This document shows positions 38,406 through 48,462 of a stretch of 64,000 nucleotides of DNA, one piece after another. The translations under genes and the position numbers were made by a program. The DNA is taken from the NCBI GenBank assembly GCA_944388865.1, contig CALXKM010000021.1, positions 5,482 through 69,481 on the forward strand. The letters are read 5' to 3'. The DNA is from an uncultured Duodenibacillus sp. Its GTDB lineage: Bacteria > Pseudomonadota > Gammaproteobacteria > Burkholderiales > Burkholderiaceae_F. Position 1 is the first letter of the stretch; each line of letters starts with the position of its first letter. The notes under the pieces were generated by a model. It searched no databases. It was given only the letters and a program-made list of their open reading frames with translations, and had not been told where the DNA came from.

Positions 38406-38439
38406 ACTCAATGTTGTCAGTCGCAAATTTCCACCTACA

Positions 38440-38492
38440 GAACTGTCATAGCGAAAAATATGCAATTTTCGCTATGACAGTTCCGAATTTTT
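38440..38492 (+). terminator. Perfect 18-bp-stem hairpin plus T-run downstream of tonB (probable operon terminator)
   Basis: GAACTGTCATAGCGAAAA-atatgcaa-TTTTCGCTATGACAGTTC (38440-38483), followed by cgaaTTTTT. It begins 35 nt after the tonB stop. Confidence 0.45.
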
Positions 38493-38767
38493 CTGGGACT
38501 GAAAAAATAGCTGACTTCATTAATCGAGATTTGGAAAGGAATGTCGCGGCGGCAACGCCGCCCGCAACTGTCGACATCATCGGATTGCATCGCTGCGGCA
38601 AGACGACCTTTTTGCGGCAGCAGGTCGAAACGCTTTCAGGCGAAATAAGGTGGTTCAACTGCGACTACGCCTCCGATGCAGAACAGCTGAGGATTGGATC
38701 AAAGAGCGACGCCGAAGCGCTTTTGCGGCTTGCTCCAAATATCGTCATTGATGAAGCGCAGCGCGTG
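38474..38767 (+). pseudogene. 5' fragment (about 98 codons) of an AAA_14/DUF4143-type ATPase gene, truncated
   Basis: MTVPNF...VDIIGLHRCGKTTFLRQ (Walker A)...NIVIDEAQRV (Walker B), and then similarity stops at about 38767. That is exactly where the convergent DUF4143 gene ends (stop 38771-38773). The rest of track ORF 38402..38950 is antisense to that gene. Confidence 0.5.
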
Positions 38768-38770
38768 GCG

Positions 38771-39988
38771 TTATTCGGACTTGAGAAGAAATTCGACCAA
38801 ATTTTGATGATCAATACCTTTGTAAGGACGCGCGATGGGATCAAGCGAGAGCACCAGTTTGGGATAGTTGTCCTGAACGCGGGCAAGCGGTTCAAACTCG
38901 CGCTTGAAAGTCTCTTCGCCGGCCAGCAGGTAGCAGACCTGCACATATAAGCGAGAGCCTCCTTTTTCGGCAACGAAGTCGATTTCCTTGCCGTCTTCGT
39001 CGCCGGTTTGAAGCGACCAGCCGCGCCGCTTTAATTCGATGCAGACAATGTTTTCGAGCACTTGATCAATGTTGAGAGCATTGCTGCCGGCAAATTATGC
39101 TTCTCGAAAGCCGTGATCGCAGGCGTACATTTTCGGTTGGAAGACAAAGATGCGTTTGCCTTTGGCATCAGTGCTTTCGAGTCGATGAAAAACGAACGCG
39201 TCAATGCCGGCTTTTATGTAGTCTAAAAGAGCATCCCGAGAAAGAGAAATTTTTTGAGATTTCAAATACTTTTCAATGCTGGCGGCGCTGATCCGATGCC
39301 CTGCCTGCTCGAGCAGATAGGCAAAGAGCTCTTCGAGCACGGCGCTTTGGCGAATGCCGCAGCGCTGGGCGACGTCGCGCAAAACGATGCTCTCAAAGGC
39401 GTCTCTCAGATAGAGGCGGCCAGCTTCGAGATTTGGGTACAAAGACAAGCCGGGCATGCCGCCCCAGGTAAGAAAGTCTTGCCATGTTTTCGAGAGCGGC
39501 TCTGCGGAATCAATCAGAAGGCGCGAGTCTCTAAACTCGGCAAACGAAAACGGAAAGACTTCGAATTGAAGCGTTCTGCCGGCAAGGTGCGTTGCTAGCT
39601 CGCCCGAGAGCAGCTTGGAATTTGAGCCCGTGATGAAAATGTCGCAAAGGTTCCTTGCCCTGAGCGAATTAATGCAGTCTTCCCAATCCTCGACGGTTTG
39701 AATTTCATCGAGCATGACTGTTGCTCGATTGGGCGTACGGGAGACGAAAGCTTCGATGTACTCATGCAGGGCCTGGGCGTTTTTCAAATTGCGTAGCCCG
39801 AAATCTTCGAAGTTAAGCTGCAGAAAAGAGTTTTTCGGCCGGTTCAGATGCAGCTGCATATCCGCAGCGATTAATCCGAGCAGCGTGGATTTTCCCGTAC
39901 GACGCAGTCCCGTGATGACCTTAATGAGACCATCGGTGTAGTAAGGACGAATTTGATCAATAATTGCAGCCCGGTTGATGATCGGCAC
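38771..39988 (-). pseudogene. AAA_14 + DUF4143 family ATPase gene interrupted by an in-frame TAA
   Basis: ORFs 39095..39988 (P-loop GLRRTGKSTLL, Walker B VMLDEIQ) and 38771..39061 (ENIVCIELKRRGW..., DUF4143-like C-terminus) are in the same frame. A single stop (TAA, 39095-39097) separates them. Read-through gives ...DHGFREA*FAGSNALNIDQVLENIVCIELKRRG. Confidence 0.8.
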
Positions 39989-40143
39989 GACTGTCTCCGA
40001 GGAAAGATTGATGGCGATAGAGAATCCAATATCATCGATTATAGTCGAAGGTGCTAGGATGTTTCGCTAACTCATCGATTACGATCGATGAGTTTGATCT
40101 TAAATAGGCAGAAACTGTAATGGCGAAAATTTCGAAATCACAT

Positions 40144-40186
40144 AAAAAAATGCGCCGCTTTGACTCCTAAGGAGCAAGCGGCGCAT
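40144..40186 (-). terminator. Rho-independent terminator of lysS
   Basis: On the minus strand: ATGCGCCGCTT-(15 nt)-AAGCGGCGCAT followed by TTTTTTT, about 30 nt after the lysS stop. Confidence 0.7.
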
Positions 40187-40217
40187 CAAAGACTTGCTGT
40201 GCTAAAGCAAATCAGAG

Positions 40218-41744
40218 TTAGGCGCACTCGGGACGCATGGCCGGAAAGAGCAGTACTTCGCGGATAGTCGAAGCGTTGGTCAGAAGCATCACGAAGCGGT
40301 CAATGCCGATGCCGCATCCAGCCGTGGGCGGCAGACCATATTCAAGCGCGCGGATGAAGTCTGCGTCGTAGAACATGGCCTCATCATCTCCGTGGCTCTT
40401 GGCGTCAGCCTGAGCCTGAAAGCGCCGTGCCTGATCTTCGGGATCATTTAATTCCGAGAAGCCGTTGGCGGTTTCGCGACCATAGATAAAGAGCTCAAAG
40501 CGCTCGGTCATCTCTGGGTTGGCGTCAGAAGCACGGGCAAGCGGGCTTACTTCGACCGGGTAGTTGATGATGAAGGTGGGCTGGATAAGCTTGGACTCGG
40601 CGGTTTCTTCAAAAAGCGCCATCACCAATGCGCCCAAGCCGACGTAGTCGGGCTGCGGGGCGCCCAGACGCTTGAGTTCAGCGCGCAAGAACGCTTCGTC
40701 TTTTAAGTTTTCGGCCGTGTATTGCGGCGCGTACTTCATGATGGCCTCTTCGGGCGTGAGCTGCGCAAAGGGCTTGGAGAGATCAATTTCGGTGCCCTGA
40801 TAGTTGATTACTTCAGAGCCTGTTGCTTCGCGCGCCACATGCCGCAAAAGCTTTTCGGTAAAGGCAATCTGATCGCGGTACGTCCAGTAGGTGGCGTAAA
40901 ACTCAATGGTCGTGAATTCAGGATTGTGGCGCGTATCGATGCCTTCGTTTCTAAAGCACCGGTTGAGCTCAAAGACGCGCTCAAAGCCGCCCACTACCAA
41001 ACGCTTTAAGTAAAGCTCAGGCGCAATGCGCAGATACTGATCGATGTCGAGCGCATTGTGGTGCGTAATGAAGGGCTTGGCATTTGCTCCGCCCGGAATC
41101 GGATTGAGCATCGGGGTTTCGACTTCCACGAAGCGGTGCTCTTCCATGTAGCGGCGGATGGCCGAAACGGCCTTAAAGCGCGTGAGAAAGCGCTCGCGGC
41201 TTTCCTCGTTGATGATGAGGTCTGTGTAGCGCTGGCGGCAGCACATCTCGGGATCAGAAAGCCCCTTGTGCTTGTCCGGCAGCGGCCTGAGCGACTTGGT
41301 GAGCAGGCGCAGCTTCTTGACGCGCACCGAAAGCTCGCCCTTGTTGGTGCGAAAGAGCGTGCCTTCGGCAGCGACGATGTCGCCCAAGTCAAGCGTCTTG
41401 AACATGGCATAGGCTTCAGGGCCCACGTCGTTTGCGCCGACAAAGTACTGCATGCTTCCCGTGAAGTCGCGCACGGTGGCAAAGCTTGCCTTGCCCATGA
41501 CGCGCTTGAGCATCATGCGCCCGGAAACAGCAACCTCTGGGGTGGCTTCTTCGAGTTCTTCGCGGCTCTTCTCGCCCCAAGCTTGGCGCAGGTCGCCGAA
41601 AAGGTCCTTGCGCACGAAGTCGTTGGGATAGGCAACGCCCGTCTCGCGCAAGTGCGCAAGCTTGGCGCGGCGCTCGGCGATGATGTGGTTTTCATCTTCG
41701 GCAGCAGCCGCGGCCGTCGTGCTCTTTGTATTTTCTTCGCTCAT
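40218..41744 (-). CDS. lysS: Lysine--tRNA ligase (class II)
   Basis: 508 aa. N-terminal ...[17 protein letters not shown]..., OB-fold, then the class II core (FVEVETPML, ...ELYLKRL..., [14 protein letters not shown]). Confidence 0.97.
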   Translation of the reverse strand: MSEENTKSTTAAAAAEDENHIIAERRAKLAHLRETGVAYPNDFVRKDLFGDLRQAWGEKSREELEEATPEVAVSGRMMLKRVMGKASFATVRDFTGSMQYFVGANDVGPEAYAMFKTLDLGDIVAAEGTLFRTNKGELSVRVKKLRLLTKSLRPLPDKHKGLSDPEMCCRQRYTDLIINEESRERFLTRFKAVSAIRRYMEEHRFVEVETPMLNPIPGGANAKPFITHHNALDIDQYLRIAPELYLKRLVVGGFERVFELNRCFRNEGIDTRHNPEFTTIEFYATYWTYRDQIAFTEKLLRHVAREATGSEVINYQGTEIDLSKPFAQLTPEEAIMKYAPQYTAENLKDEAFLRAELKRLGAPQPDYVGLGALVMALFEETAESKLIQPTFIINYPVEVSPLARASDANPEMTERFELFIYGRETANGFSELNDPEDQARRFQAQADAKSHGDDEAMFYDADFIRALEYGLPPTAGCGIGIDRFVMLLTNASTIREVLLFPAMRPECA

Positions 41745-41782
41745 GACAAAAATTTTCTTGAGAAATGATTGAACTGAAATGA

Positions 41783-42887
41783 CTAAATGCCCATCTTGAG
41801 GCTGGCTTCAATGAATTGATCGAGGTCGCCGTCGAGCACTGCGCCAGTGTTGCCGGTTTCGACATTGGTGCGCAGATCCTTGACGCGGCTTTGATCGAGC
41901 ACGTAGCTGCGGATTTGATGGCCCCAGCCGATGTCGCTCTTATTTTCCTCAATCTTTTCCTGTTCGGCCATGCGTTTTCTCAATTCGAGATCGTAGAGCT
42001 TGGCCTTGAGCTGGCGCAGAGCCTGTTCGCGGTTGTTGTGCTGGCTGCGATCGTCCTGACAGACCGTCACGATTCCCGTTGGGATGTGCGTGATGCGCAC
42101 GGCCGACTCGGTCTTTTGGATGTGCTGGCCGCCGGCGCCCGAAGCGCGAAAGACGTCTACGCGCAGATCCGCGGGATTGATCGTGATTTCAATCGAGTCG
42201 TCGACTTCAGGGTAGACGAAAACCGATGCAAAGGATGTGTGACGGCGGGCATTGGCGTCAAAGGGGCTTTTGCGCACCAGACGGTGAATGCCGGTTTCAG
42301 TGCGCAGCGTTCCGTAGGCCCATTGGCCCTCGACATAAATCGTGCAGCCCTTGATGCCTGCAACGTCGCCTTCGGTTTCTTCGGTGAGTTTGGCCGAAAA
42401 GCCGGAGCGCTCGGTGTAGCGCAGATACATGCGCTCGAGCATGCTCGCCCAGTCCTGCGCTTCTGTGCCGCCGGCGCCGGCCTGAATTTCGATATAGCAG
42501 TTGGCGCTGTCTTGCGGGCGGTTGAACATGCGTTTGAATTCGAGCTTTTCAACGTCTCGGCCGAAATCTTCGACCTCAAGGGCAATGCTCTGGGCGCCGG
42601 CCTCGTCGCCTTCTTCAACGGCCATGTTGAAGAGTTCCTTGGCGTCGGCTACGCCCGCGGTGAGCCGCTTGAAGTTGCCGACCAAGTCTTCAAGAAGCTT
42701 TTGCTCCTTGCCGATTTCCTGAGCTCTCTTGGGATCGTCCCAGAGCGCGGGATTTTCTACTTCGCGATTGACTTCTTCGAGGCGTCTTTCCTTGCGGTCG
42801 ACGTCAAAGATACCCCCTAAGCTCAGCAAGACGGTGAGCCAGGTCATCGCACAGATTGTTGATGAAATTGATGCGTTCAGCTTCCAT
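41783..42887 (-). CDS. prfB: Peptide chain release factor 2, requires a programmed +1 frameshift (join 42887..42807 and 42805..41783)
   Basis: Frame 0 from ATG 42887 reads [27 protein letters not shown], then TGA. The +1 frame continues [15 protein letters not shown]..., collinear with E. coli RF2. SPF and GGQ motifs are present ([21 protein letters not shown]). Confidence 0.95.
42803..42818 (-). promoter_or_regulatory. prfB: prfB autoregulatory +1 frameshift site
   Basis: The minus strand reads AGG GGG TAT CTT TGA C. This is the internal SD-like AGGGGG, the slippery CTT, and an in-frame TGA followed by C, identical in form to the E. coli prfB recoding signal. Confidence 0.9.
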
Positions 42888-43081
42888 GTAGATGCTCACG
42901 TAGGTGAGGAAGTTGCAGCCTGATCGTTTCCCAGAAGGCTTGTGCGTCAGTTCTGAGGACAATCTAGGCATGTAGTGATTGAATCAGAATTTCGCATTAT
43001 ACCGAGGCCGGCAGCTGATTTATCTGGATTTTTTTGCGGCCCATATAAGCGAAATGCGTTTTGCGCAGCTTTAGAAAGGTC

Positions 43082-43122
43082 AAAAAAAAGCGCCCGGGCA
43101 CAAAGAAGAAAGCCTCGGGCGC
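43082..43122 (-). terminator. Rho-independent terminator after the enolase-dcuC-prpD-like operon
   Basis: The minus-strand hairpin GCGCCCG...CGGGCGC is followed by an 8-nt T-run (plus-strand aaaaaaaa at 43082-43089). Confidence 0.6.
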
Positions 43123-43158
43123 ATCAAAGTTTATGCGAGCAGAAAATTTATTGTTTTT

Positions 43159-44490
43159 TTATGCGAGCAGCTTCGCAAGCGCGTGCAAATCCGGCTGCGC
43201 ATCAATGTTCTTGACGAAATCAATGATGCGTGCACGCCGCTCTGCGTCATAAAACGGCACAGCGGCTTCAAACTTGGCGATGATCTGCTCTTCGTCGGCG
43301 TTGTCGCACGAATCAAGCGTGATCTCGTCAAAGACGCGGCCGTCCTTGAGCGTGATGATGACGCGGGCCTGACGATGCGGGAAGCGGGCCGTAGCGGCCG
43401 GGTCTTCTTCAACCTTGATGCGGCGGGCAAGGCCGAGCACAGTTTCGTCTGTGCGATAGGACTCAGCGAAGTAGTTGAGCGAGACGCTGCCAAAGAGAAA
43501 TGCCAGAGCGATGCAGTACGGAAGCGAGAACTTGGCTTCGTCTTCGGTGGCGGTCTTAAGCTGCGAAGTGAGGTCCACCGAAACCTTGTAGGTCTTTACC
43601 TGCACGGAATCGATGTCTTCGGCCTTGATGCCGTACTTCTTTCTCATCATGAAGACGACGTCAAGCGGAGAGTTGGTGTGGCCGCACGATGAGTAGACCT
43701 TGAAGAAGGCCGTATCCGAAACAAGCGTTGCTTCCGAGGGATTTTCCAGATTTTCAATGTGCGGTTCGGTGCAGGTGGCGGCGACAAAGCCCTTCTTGCC
43801 CAAAAGCGCAGAATGCGAGCCGGTGTAGCCCAATTTGGCAAGTTCTGCCGAGTCAAGGCCGTTTTGGCAGGCAAGCGCAATGTTGGTTGCCTTGGCGTGG
43901 GTGCCGAAGGATTCCACGATGCCGCCGGCGCTCGTGGCTGCAATGCCGAGCGCATTGTTGACCTGTTCGGGGGTGAGCTTCAAAAGACTGGCGGCCGCAG
44001 CAGCTGCAGCCATTGTTCCTGCCGTGCCCGTTGAGTGCCAGGTACGGTAGTGCGTAGGATTGAGCGTGCGGCCCATGCGGGCAAACATGTCGTAGCCCAA
44101 AATAACGGATTTCAGAAATTCTGCGCCTGTGGCATTGGTTTGTTCGGCCAAAGCCAAAGCGACGGGAAGCGTGATGCAGCCCGGGTGTCCGATGGCAGTG
44201 CGGTGACCGTCATCAAGTTCGCAGACGTGACCGGCAATGCCGTTGAGATAGACGGCGTTGCGCGTCGAATGTCCGGCACCGTGTCCGATGATGGTGCAAG
44301 GCCCCGTGTCGCCAACGGAGAAAAGATACTTCGATGCAATCTGCATCTGGGGATAGTTGGCGCCTGCAGCGGCGCATCCGATCCAGTCGAGCAAGCGCAG
44401 ACGTGCGTCGGCCTTGAAATGCTCGTCAATCTTGGCGAAATCACATTGACTGATGAATTCAGACAGTTTTTCTTGAATCGGTTCCTGCAT
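43159..44490 (-). CDS. MmgE/PrpD family protein (2-methylcitrate dehydratase-like), substrate unknown
   Basis: 443 aa with family hallmarks ...LDWIGCAAAGA...NGIAGHVCELDDGH...GHPG.... Confidence 0.9.
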   Translation of the reverse strand: MQEPIQEKLSEFISQCDFAKIDEHFKADARLRLLDWIGCAAAGANYPQMQIASKYLFSVGDTGPCTIIGHGAGHSTRNAVYLNGIAGHVCELDDGHRTAIGHPGCITLPVALALAEQTNATGAEFLKSVILGYDMFARMGRTLNPTHYRTWHSTGTAGTMAAAAAAASLLKLTPEQVNNALGIAATSAGGIVESFGTHAKATNIALACQNGLDSAELAKLGYTGSHSALLGKKGFVAATCTEPHIENLENPSEATLVSDTAFFKVYSSCGHTNSPLDVVFMMRKKYGIKAEDIDSVQVKTYKVSVDLTSQLKTATEDEAKFSLPYCIALAFLFGSVSLNYFAESYRTDETVLGLARRIKVEEDPAATARFPHRQARVIITLKDGRVFDEITLDSCDNADEEQIIAKFEAAVPFYDAERRARIIDFVKNIDAQPDLHALAKLLA

Positions 44491-44564
44491 GAGAAACTCC
44501 TCCAGGTTGGAAAAAAGGATTGCCGATGGAAAACCGGCAATCCTTTGGGGAGGTTAATGAGGCA

Positions 44565-45953
44565 TTACAGAACGATGGTGTAGGTGAGCACGAAGTTCAC
44601 GAGCACGCATGCCAGAAGCGGTATCAGGTTGCGCTTAATGACATGGAAGGGCGAAACGCCTGCGATGCCCGACACGGCCACGATGGCGCCCGTCACCGGA
44701 GACATCGTGCGGCCAAAGCCCGTCATCGTCTGCAGCGGCAGCAGCACGTCAGCCGAGTGCACGCCGAACTTGGAAGCGATCGACGGAACGAGCGAGGCAA
44801 ACGAGAAGAACGGAGCATTGCCCGAGCCCATCAGGAATGCCACAACGCCAATCACGAGGCTCATGAGCAGAACGAGGAAGCCCACGCCGTAGCCCAGAGA
44901 TTCAACGCCGGTGATCAGAGCGTTCACAGCGCCGATGGCAATCAAGCCCTTGCCGAAGACCTGGCCGGCAACGATGAGCGAGACCACAACGGCAAACTGC
45001 TTGCCCATGCCTTCAAAGAAGCTCTTCATGCCGGCGAGCACTTCATAGCCCTTGCGGGTGCGGATGAACTCAAAGAGCATGGCGATCAGAGTCGAGAGCA
45101 CGATGGCAGCGGGCACGCCGACCTTGATGTTGTAGCCATAGCGGCCGATCACAACCGGGTTGAAGATCAAGAGGATAAAGAGCGGCACAAGCGGCAGCAA
45201 AGCGTAGATCTTCGGCACGGAGGCTTCGGTCGTGGCTTCCTGCTGGAACTGGCGGCGCAGCTCTTCATAGCCCTCATCGGGACCTTCGCGCTTATCCCAG
45301 TACTTCTGCGTGAAGTACTGCGTCACGAGCATCGTGATGAGCAGCGGGAAGTAAATGCGCATCTGCCAATTGATGAAGTATTCGGCCCATTCGATGCCGG
45401 ATGTTCTGGCTGCGAGCATGCAGTTTGCAGAACCCGGTCCAAGGTCGAAGAAGCGGCTGGCGGCGATGATGCACACAGCCGTCATGCGCGAGACGCCGGC
45501 GCGGATGAGCACCGGATAGAGCGTCACCATCAGCATCAGACCAAGGCCGGCAGCCGAGGGGATGGCCATGCCGATGATCTGCGTAACGATAAAGCCCATG
45601 CAAGCCAGCAGATACGGGCTCTTGATGTACTTCAGAGGACCGCCGACGACGTCGTACAGGGCACGACCGGCGCTCAGCGTATCCATGTAGCGGGCAAAGC
45701 CGCCCATGATCATGATGTTCAGACCCAAGCCGCCCAAGGTGCTTGAGAAGACGTCCTGAACAACTTTATAAATATCGAAGAAGATGGAACCGGTGGGCTT
45801 TTTGAGCACGATGCCCGGGTCGCTGCCAAGCAGCACGGCGCAGGTCAACAGAACCACGCCGGCAATAAGCAGAATGGCTGCGGCATAGCCCTTCTTTGCA
45901 ATCGTCCAGCCTACCCAGACGATGACAAGTATCGAGATGATGAGTCCCAACAT
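44565..45953 (-). CDS. dcuC: DcuC-family anaerobic C4-dicarboxylate-type carrier
   Basis: 462 aa, polytopic, collinear with E. coli DcuC as I recall it (...SPYLL...SAAGLGLMLMVTLYPVL...GVSR...). The substrate is not inferable. Confidence 0.85.
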   Translation of the reverse strand: MLGLIISILVIVWVGWTIAKKGYAAAILLIAGVVLLTCAVLLGSDPGIVLKKPTGSIFFDIYKVVQDVFSSTLGGLGLNIMIMGGFARYMDTLSAGRALYDVVGGPLKYIKSPYLLACMGFIVTQIIGMAIPSAAGLGLMLMVTLYPVLIRAGVSRMTAVCIIAASRFFDLGPGSANCMLAARTSGIEWAEYFINWQMRIYFPLLITMLVTQYFTQKYWDKREGPDEGYEELRRQFQQEATTEASVPKIYALLPLVPLFILLIFNPVVIGRYGYNIKVGVPAAIVLSTLIAMLFEFIRTRKGYEVLAGMKSFFEGMGKQFAVVVSLIVAGQVFGKGLIAIGAVNALITGVESLGYGVGFLVLLMSLVIGVVAFLMGSGNAPFFSFASLVPSIASKFGVHSADVLLPLQTMTGFGRTMSPVTGAIVAVSGIAGVSPFHVIKRNLIPLLACVLVNFVLTYTIVL

Positions 45954-46052
45954 GGTGAGAAAACTCCCTTGGATTGATCAAATTCCGCCCGAGCGCCTTT
46001 ATTGAGAAGCCCGGGCGGATTCCGTTTTTTCAAAAAGCGAAGTGCTTTTTTA

Positions 46053-47243
46053 TTACTTCACGGTTTCCTTCGGCGACTCAGCAATCGATTCGTCGGTCAG
46101 TTCCTGGCCGATGCCGGGCAGATCGGGAATCTGATACTTGCCGTTTTCGGGCAGGTAGTCGTACTTGCAGGTGTCGCGGTTGCCCTTGAGCAGAGCGTAG
46201 CGGTGCAGTTCGTGGATGGCGAAGTTGGGGATCGCGGCTTCGAGCTGCAGGGAAGCAGCCGTCATGATCGGGCCGCCGCAGACGTGCACCTGGCAGGTCG
46301 TGTCATAGATGTGGCCCATGTCGCAGATCTTCTTGCACTCGGACATGCCGCCGCAGGTGCCGATGTCGGGCTGGATGAGGTCGATGACGTGATTTTCCAG
46401 GAACGGACGGAAGCCCCAGCGCGTGAAGACGCGTTCGCCGGCAGCGATCGGGATGTTGATGTGTTCACGAACATCCTTCAAGCACTGCATGTTGAGGTTC
46501 ATCACCGGTTCTTCGTAGGCCGAGATGCGGAACTCTTCAATCATGCGGCCGAATTCGACAGCGGAGACCTTGTCGGTCAGAGCGTGAGCTTCGACGATGA
46601 TGTCAACGTCGTAGCCGATGGCTTCGCGGATGGCCTTCAGGCGCTTGTAGCCGACCATCAGATCGCGGCGGGCAAAGGCGCCGTACAGGTTGCGGCGCTT
46701 GGCATAGCCCTGTTCGTCGATTTCGTTGACGTCGACCTTGATGGCGTCATAGCCTTCTTCAACGGCGCGCACGGCAGCTTCGGCGTACTGTTCGGGCGTG
46801 GTGAGGTGTTCCTTCTTTTCAGGATCGCCCCAGCCGAACTGCAGCTGGCTGGCGTAGGTGCGCAGCTCGTCGCGGCACTTGCCGCCCAGAAGCTGATAGC
46901 AGGGCACGCCGAGAGCCTTGCCCTTGATGTCCCACAGAGCCACATCGATGGCGCTCATGCCGGCAGAAACGATCGTGCCGCCGCCCTGGCCCCAGAAGGT
47001 CTTCTTCTGCAGCTTGTCCCAGAGGAATTCGCTGCGCATCGGATCAACGCCCAGCAGCAGACGAGCAAAGTCCTTGACCATGCCGTAGCCGGCGGAAGCA
47101 CCGACGCCGTAGGCAAGGCCTACTTCGCCAAAGCCCGAGATGCCTTCATCGGTGTTGATGCGCACGACGACCGGACGCCACTTGGCAACAGCCGACTGAA
47201 TGGGATTTTTTACATCAATGATGTCAACGCTGACGATTTTCAT
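46053..47243 (-). CDS. Enolase-superfamily enzyme (mandelate racemase/muconate lactonising family, acid-sugar dehydratase-like)
   Basis: From ATG 47243 (behind ggag) it begins MKIVSVDIIDV...SAIDVALWDIKGKALGVPCYQLLGG. The metal-ligand region reads ...KVDV...EEP...DLIQPD.... The track ORF extends to 47318. Confidence 0.9.
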   Translation of the reverse strand: MKIVSVDIIDVKNPIQSAVAKWRPVVVRINTDEGISGFGEVGLAYGVGASAGYGMVKDFARLLLGVDPMRSEFLWDKLQKKTFWGQGGGTIVSAGMSAIDVALWDIKGKALGVPCYQLLGGKCRDELRTYASQLQFGWGDPEKKEHLTTPEQYAEAAVRAVEEGYDAIKVDVNEIDEQGYAKRRNLYGAFARRDLMVGYKRLKAIREAIGYDVDIIVEAHALTDKVSAVEFGRMIEEFRISAYEEPVMNLNMQCLKDVREHINIPIAAGERVFTRWGFRPFLENHVIDLIQPDIGTCGGMSECKKICDMGHIYDTTCQVHVCGGPIMTAASLQLEAAIPNFAIHELHRYALLKGNRDTCKYDYLPENGKYQIPDLPGIGQELTDESIAESPKETVK

Positions 47244-47496
47244 TTTTAACAATCTCCAAATAAGAGAACGATGGAGCGTCCGTGGTGGTCGGGCGCTACG
47301 AAAACCTTTATAGGTCAATGACTTAGCAGAGTCAAATTTGCTTAGTGCCTGCTTGCAGGCAGAGTCGTCTCAAAAAGAAAACAATGCGCAGGCCTCTTAG
47401 GCCTTGAAATGCTGGGCATAAGCTTTTTGCCTAATTGATTTTTGGTAGGATGCAGATTGTTAAATCGGCAATCTAGTTTTCCTTTCTTGCTAAAAA

Positions 47497-48462
47497 ATGA
47501 TCAACGACATCGAGGCTTTGGAAATCTTCGCTTCGCTTTGCGAAACAGGCTCCATTCAAAAAACCGCGGCGCTTTTGGGCATTGAGAACTCTGCGGCTTC
47601 GCGCAAGCTCACCAAGCTTGAGCAGCACATCGGGCGCGTGCTCATTGACCGCACGAAAAGACCCTTTGCGATGACCAAGGATGCGCACGCCGTCATCAAC
47701 GAGGTGCGAAAAATTCTTCAAGCCAGACAATCCATCGATCAGTACTGCCGCAAGCTGCACGACAATGATTCAATGGAAATCCGCGTGATGTTCGGCAACG
47801 GCCACATCAACTTCGGTCCGCGCTTCATTGTTGAGTACGCAGAGAAGTTTCCCAACACCAAGTTCAACATGATTTCGCCCACCGACGTTGACGATTTTTT
47901 GGAGGGAAAGGCCGACGTCATCAATCTGAGCGGTCAGGCAAGCCTTGCCGATTGCGTCAAGGTGCCGCGCGGGCGCATGCTCTTCATTCCGGTGGCTTCG
48001 CCCGAGTACGTGCGGCTGCACGGACAGATCAACCACCCCGATGAGCTCAAGCACCATCGCGTCTTTCACAACCTCTATGCGCACCGCTACTCATTTCAGA
48101 GCAACTATGTGCTTACCAAAAAGGGGGTGAGTCTGCATTTTGACTCAATCGACACGGTGCGCTTTTCCAATGTGGAGATGACGCACCGAGCGGTGATCGA
48201 GGGACTGGGAGTGGCGCCGTGCATGCCGATTTTTCTGTGCATAGAGGATTTGGAAGCGGGCAGGCTCGTGCCGGTGCTCAACGGCTGGCATCGCCCCACG
48301 CACTTGAACTATGTCGCCTGCAAAAAAGAGGATTGGAAAAATCGGCAGATTCGCACGTTCGTCAACTGGTGGGCAAAGAGGCTTGCCGATTATGAAAAGG
48401 AGTGCGAGGCAAGACTCGTGAAGCTCTTTGGACGCTACTTTCTTTTAAATCTGCTGCATTAA
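47497..48462 (+). CDS. LysR-family transcriptional regulator, divergent from the enolase-dcuC-prpD-like operon
   Basis: N-terminal HTH LEIFASLCETGSIQKTAALLGIENSAASRKLTKLEQHIG. 321 aa, with a typical LysR substrate-binding C-terminal domain. Confidence 0.92.
   Translation: MINDIEALEIFASLCETGSIQKTAALLGIENSAASRKLTKLEQHIGRVLIDRTKRPFAMTKDAHAVINEVRKILQARQSIDQYCRKLHDNDSMEIRVMFGNGHINFGPRFIVEYAEKFPNTKFNMISPTDVDDFLEGKADVINLSGQASLADCVKVPRGRMLFIPVASPEYVRLHGQINHPDELKHHRVFHNLYAHRYSFQSNYVLTKKGVSLHFDSIDTVRFSNVEMTHRAVIEGLGVAPCMPIFLCIEDLEAGRLVPVLNGWHRPTHLNYVACKKEDWKNRQIRTFVNWWAKRLADYEKECEARLVKLFGRYFLLNLLH

Noticed and set aside
38402-38950. 182-aa ORF read as an intact gene after tonB
   Set aside because: Only residues 25-122 or so look like an ATPase N-terminus. 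The first 24 codons span the terminator hairpin, and the last 60 or so are antisense to the convergent DUF4143 gene. It is reported instead as a truncated fragment.
41816-42820. 334-aa plus-strand ORF overlapping prfB
   Set aside because: It is entirely antisense to a clearly identified RF2 gene. The product is Ala/Gly/Arg/Val-rich with no motifs. This is typical of shadow ORFs in high-GC coding DNA.
43130-43170. 13-nt direct repeat TTTATGCGAGCAG duplicating the stop-codon region of the PrpD-like gene 28 nt downstream
   Set aside because: It could be a small duplication or insertion scar, but nothing lies between the copies except 15 nt of AT-rich spacer. It is too short to interpret and has no associated element.
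44520-45746. 408-aa plus-strand ORF overlapping the dcuC-like gene
   Set aside because: It is antisense to a polytopic transporter gene. Its His/Arg/Asp/Glu-rich translation is an artefact of reading hydrophobic codons backwards.
46002-47249. 415-aa plus-strand ORF overlapping the enolase-superfamily gene
   Set aside because: It is antisense to a strongly supported enzyme gene, is low-complexity (A/G/D/V-rich), and has no RBS or recognisable domain.
47346-47361. Palindrome TGCCTGC-tt-GCAGGCA as a LysR (T-N11-A) operator
   Set aside because: Its position in the divergent promoter is plausible, but the spacing does not fit the classical T-N11-A box. It could equally be a transcript 5' hairpin. 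It is not annotated as a feature.
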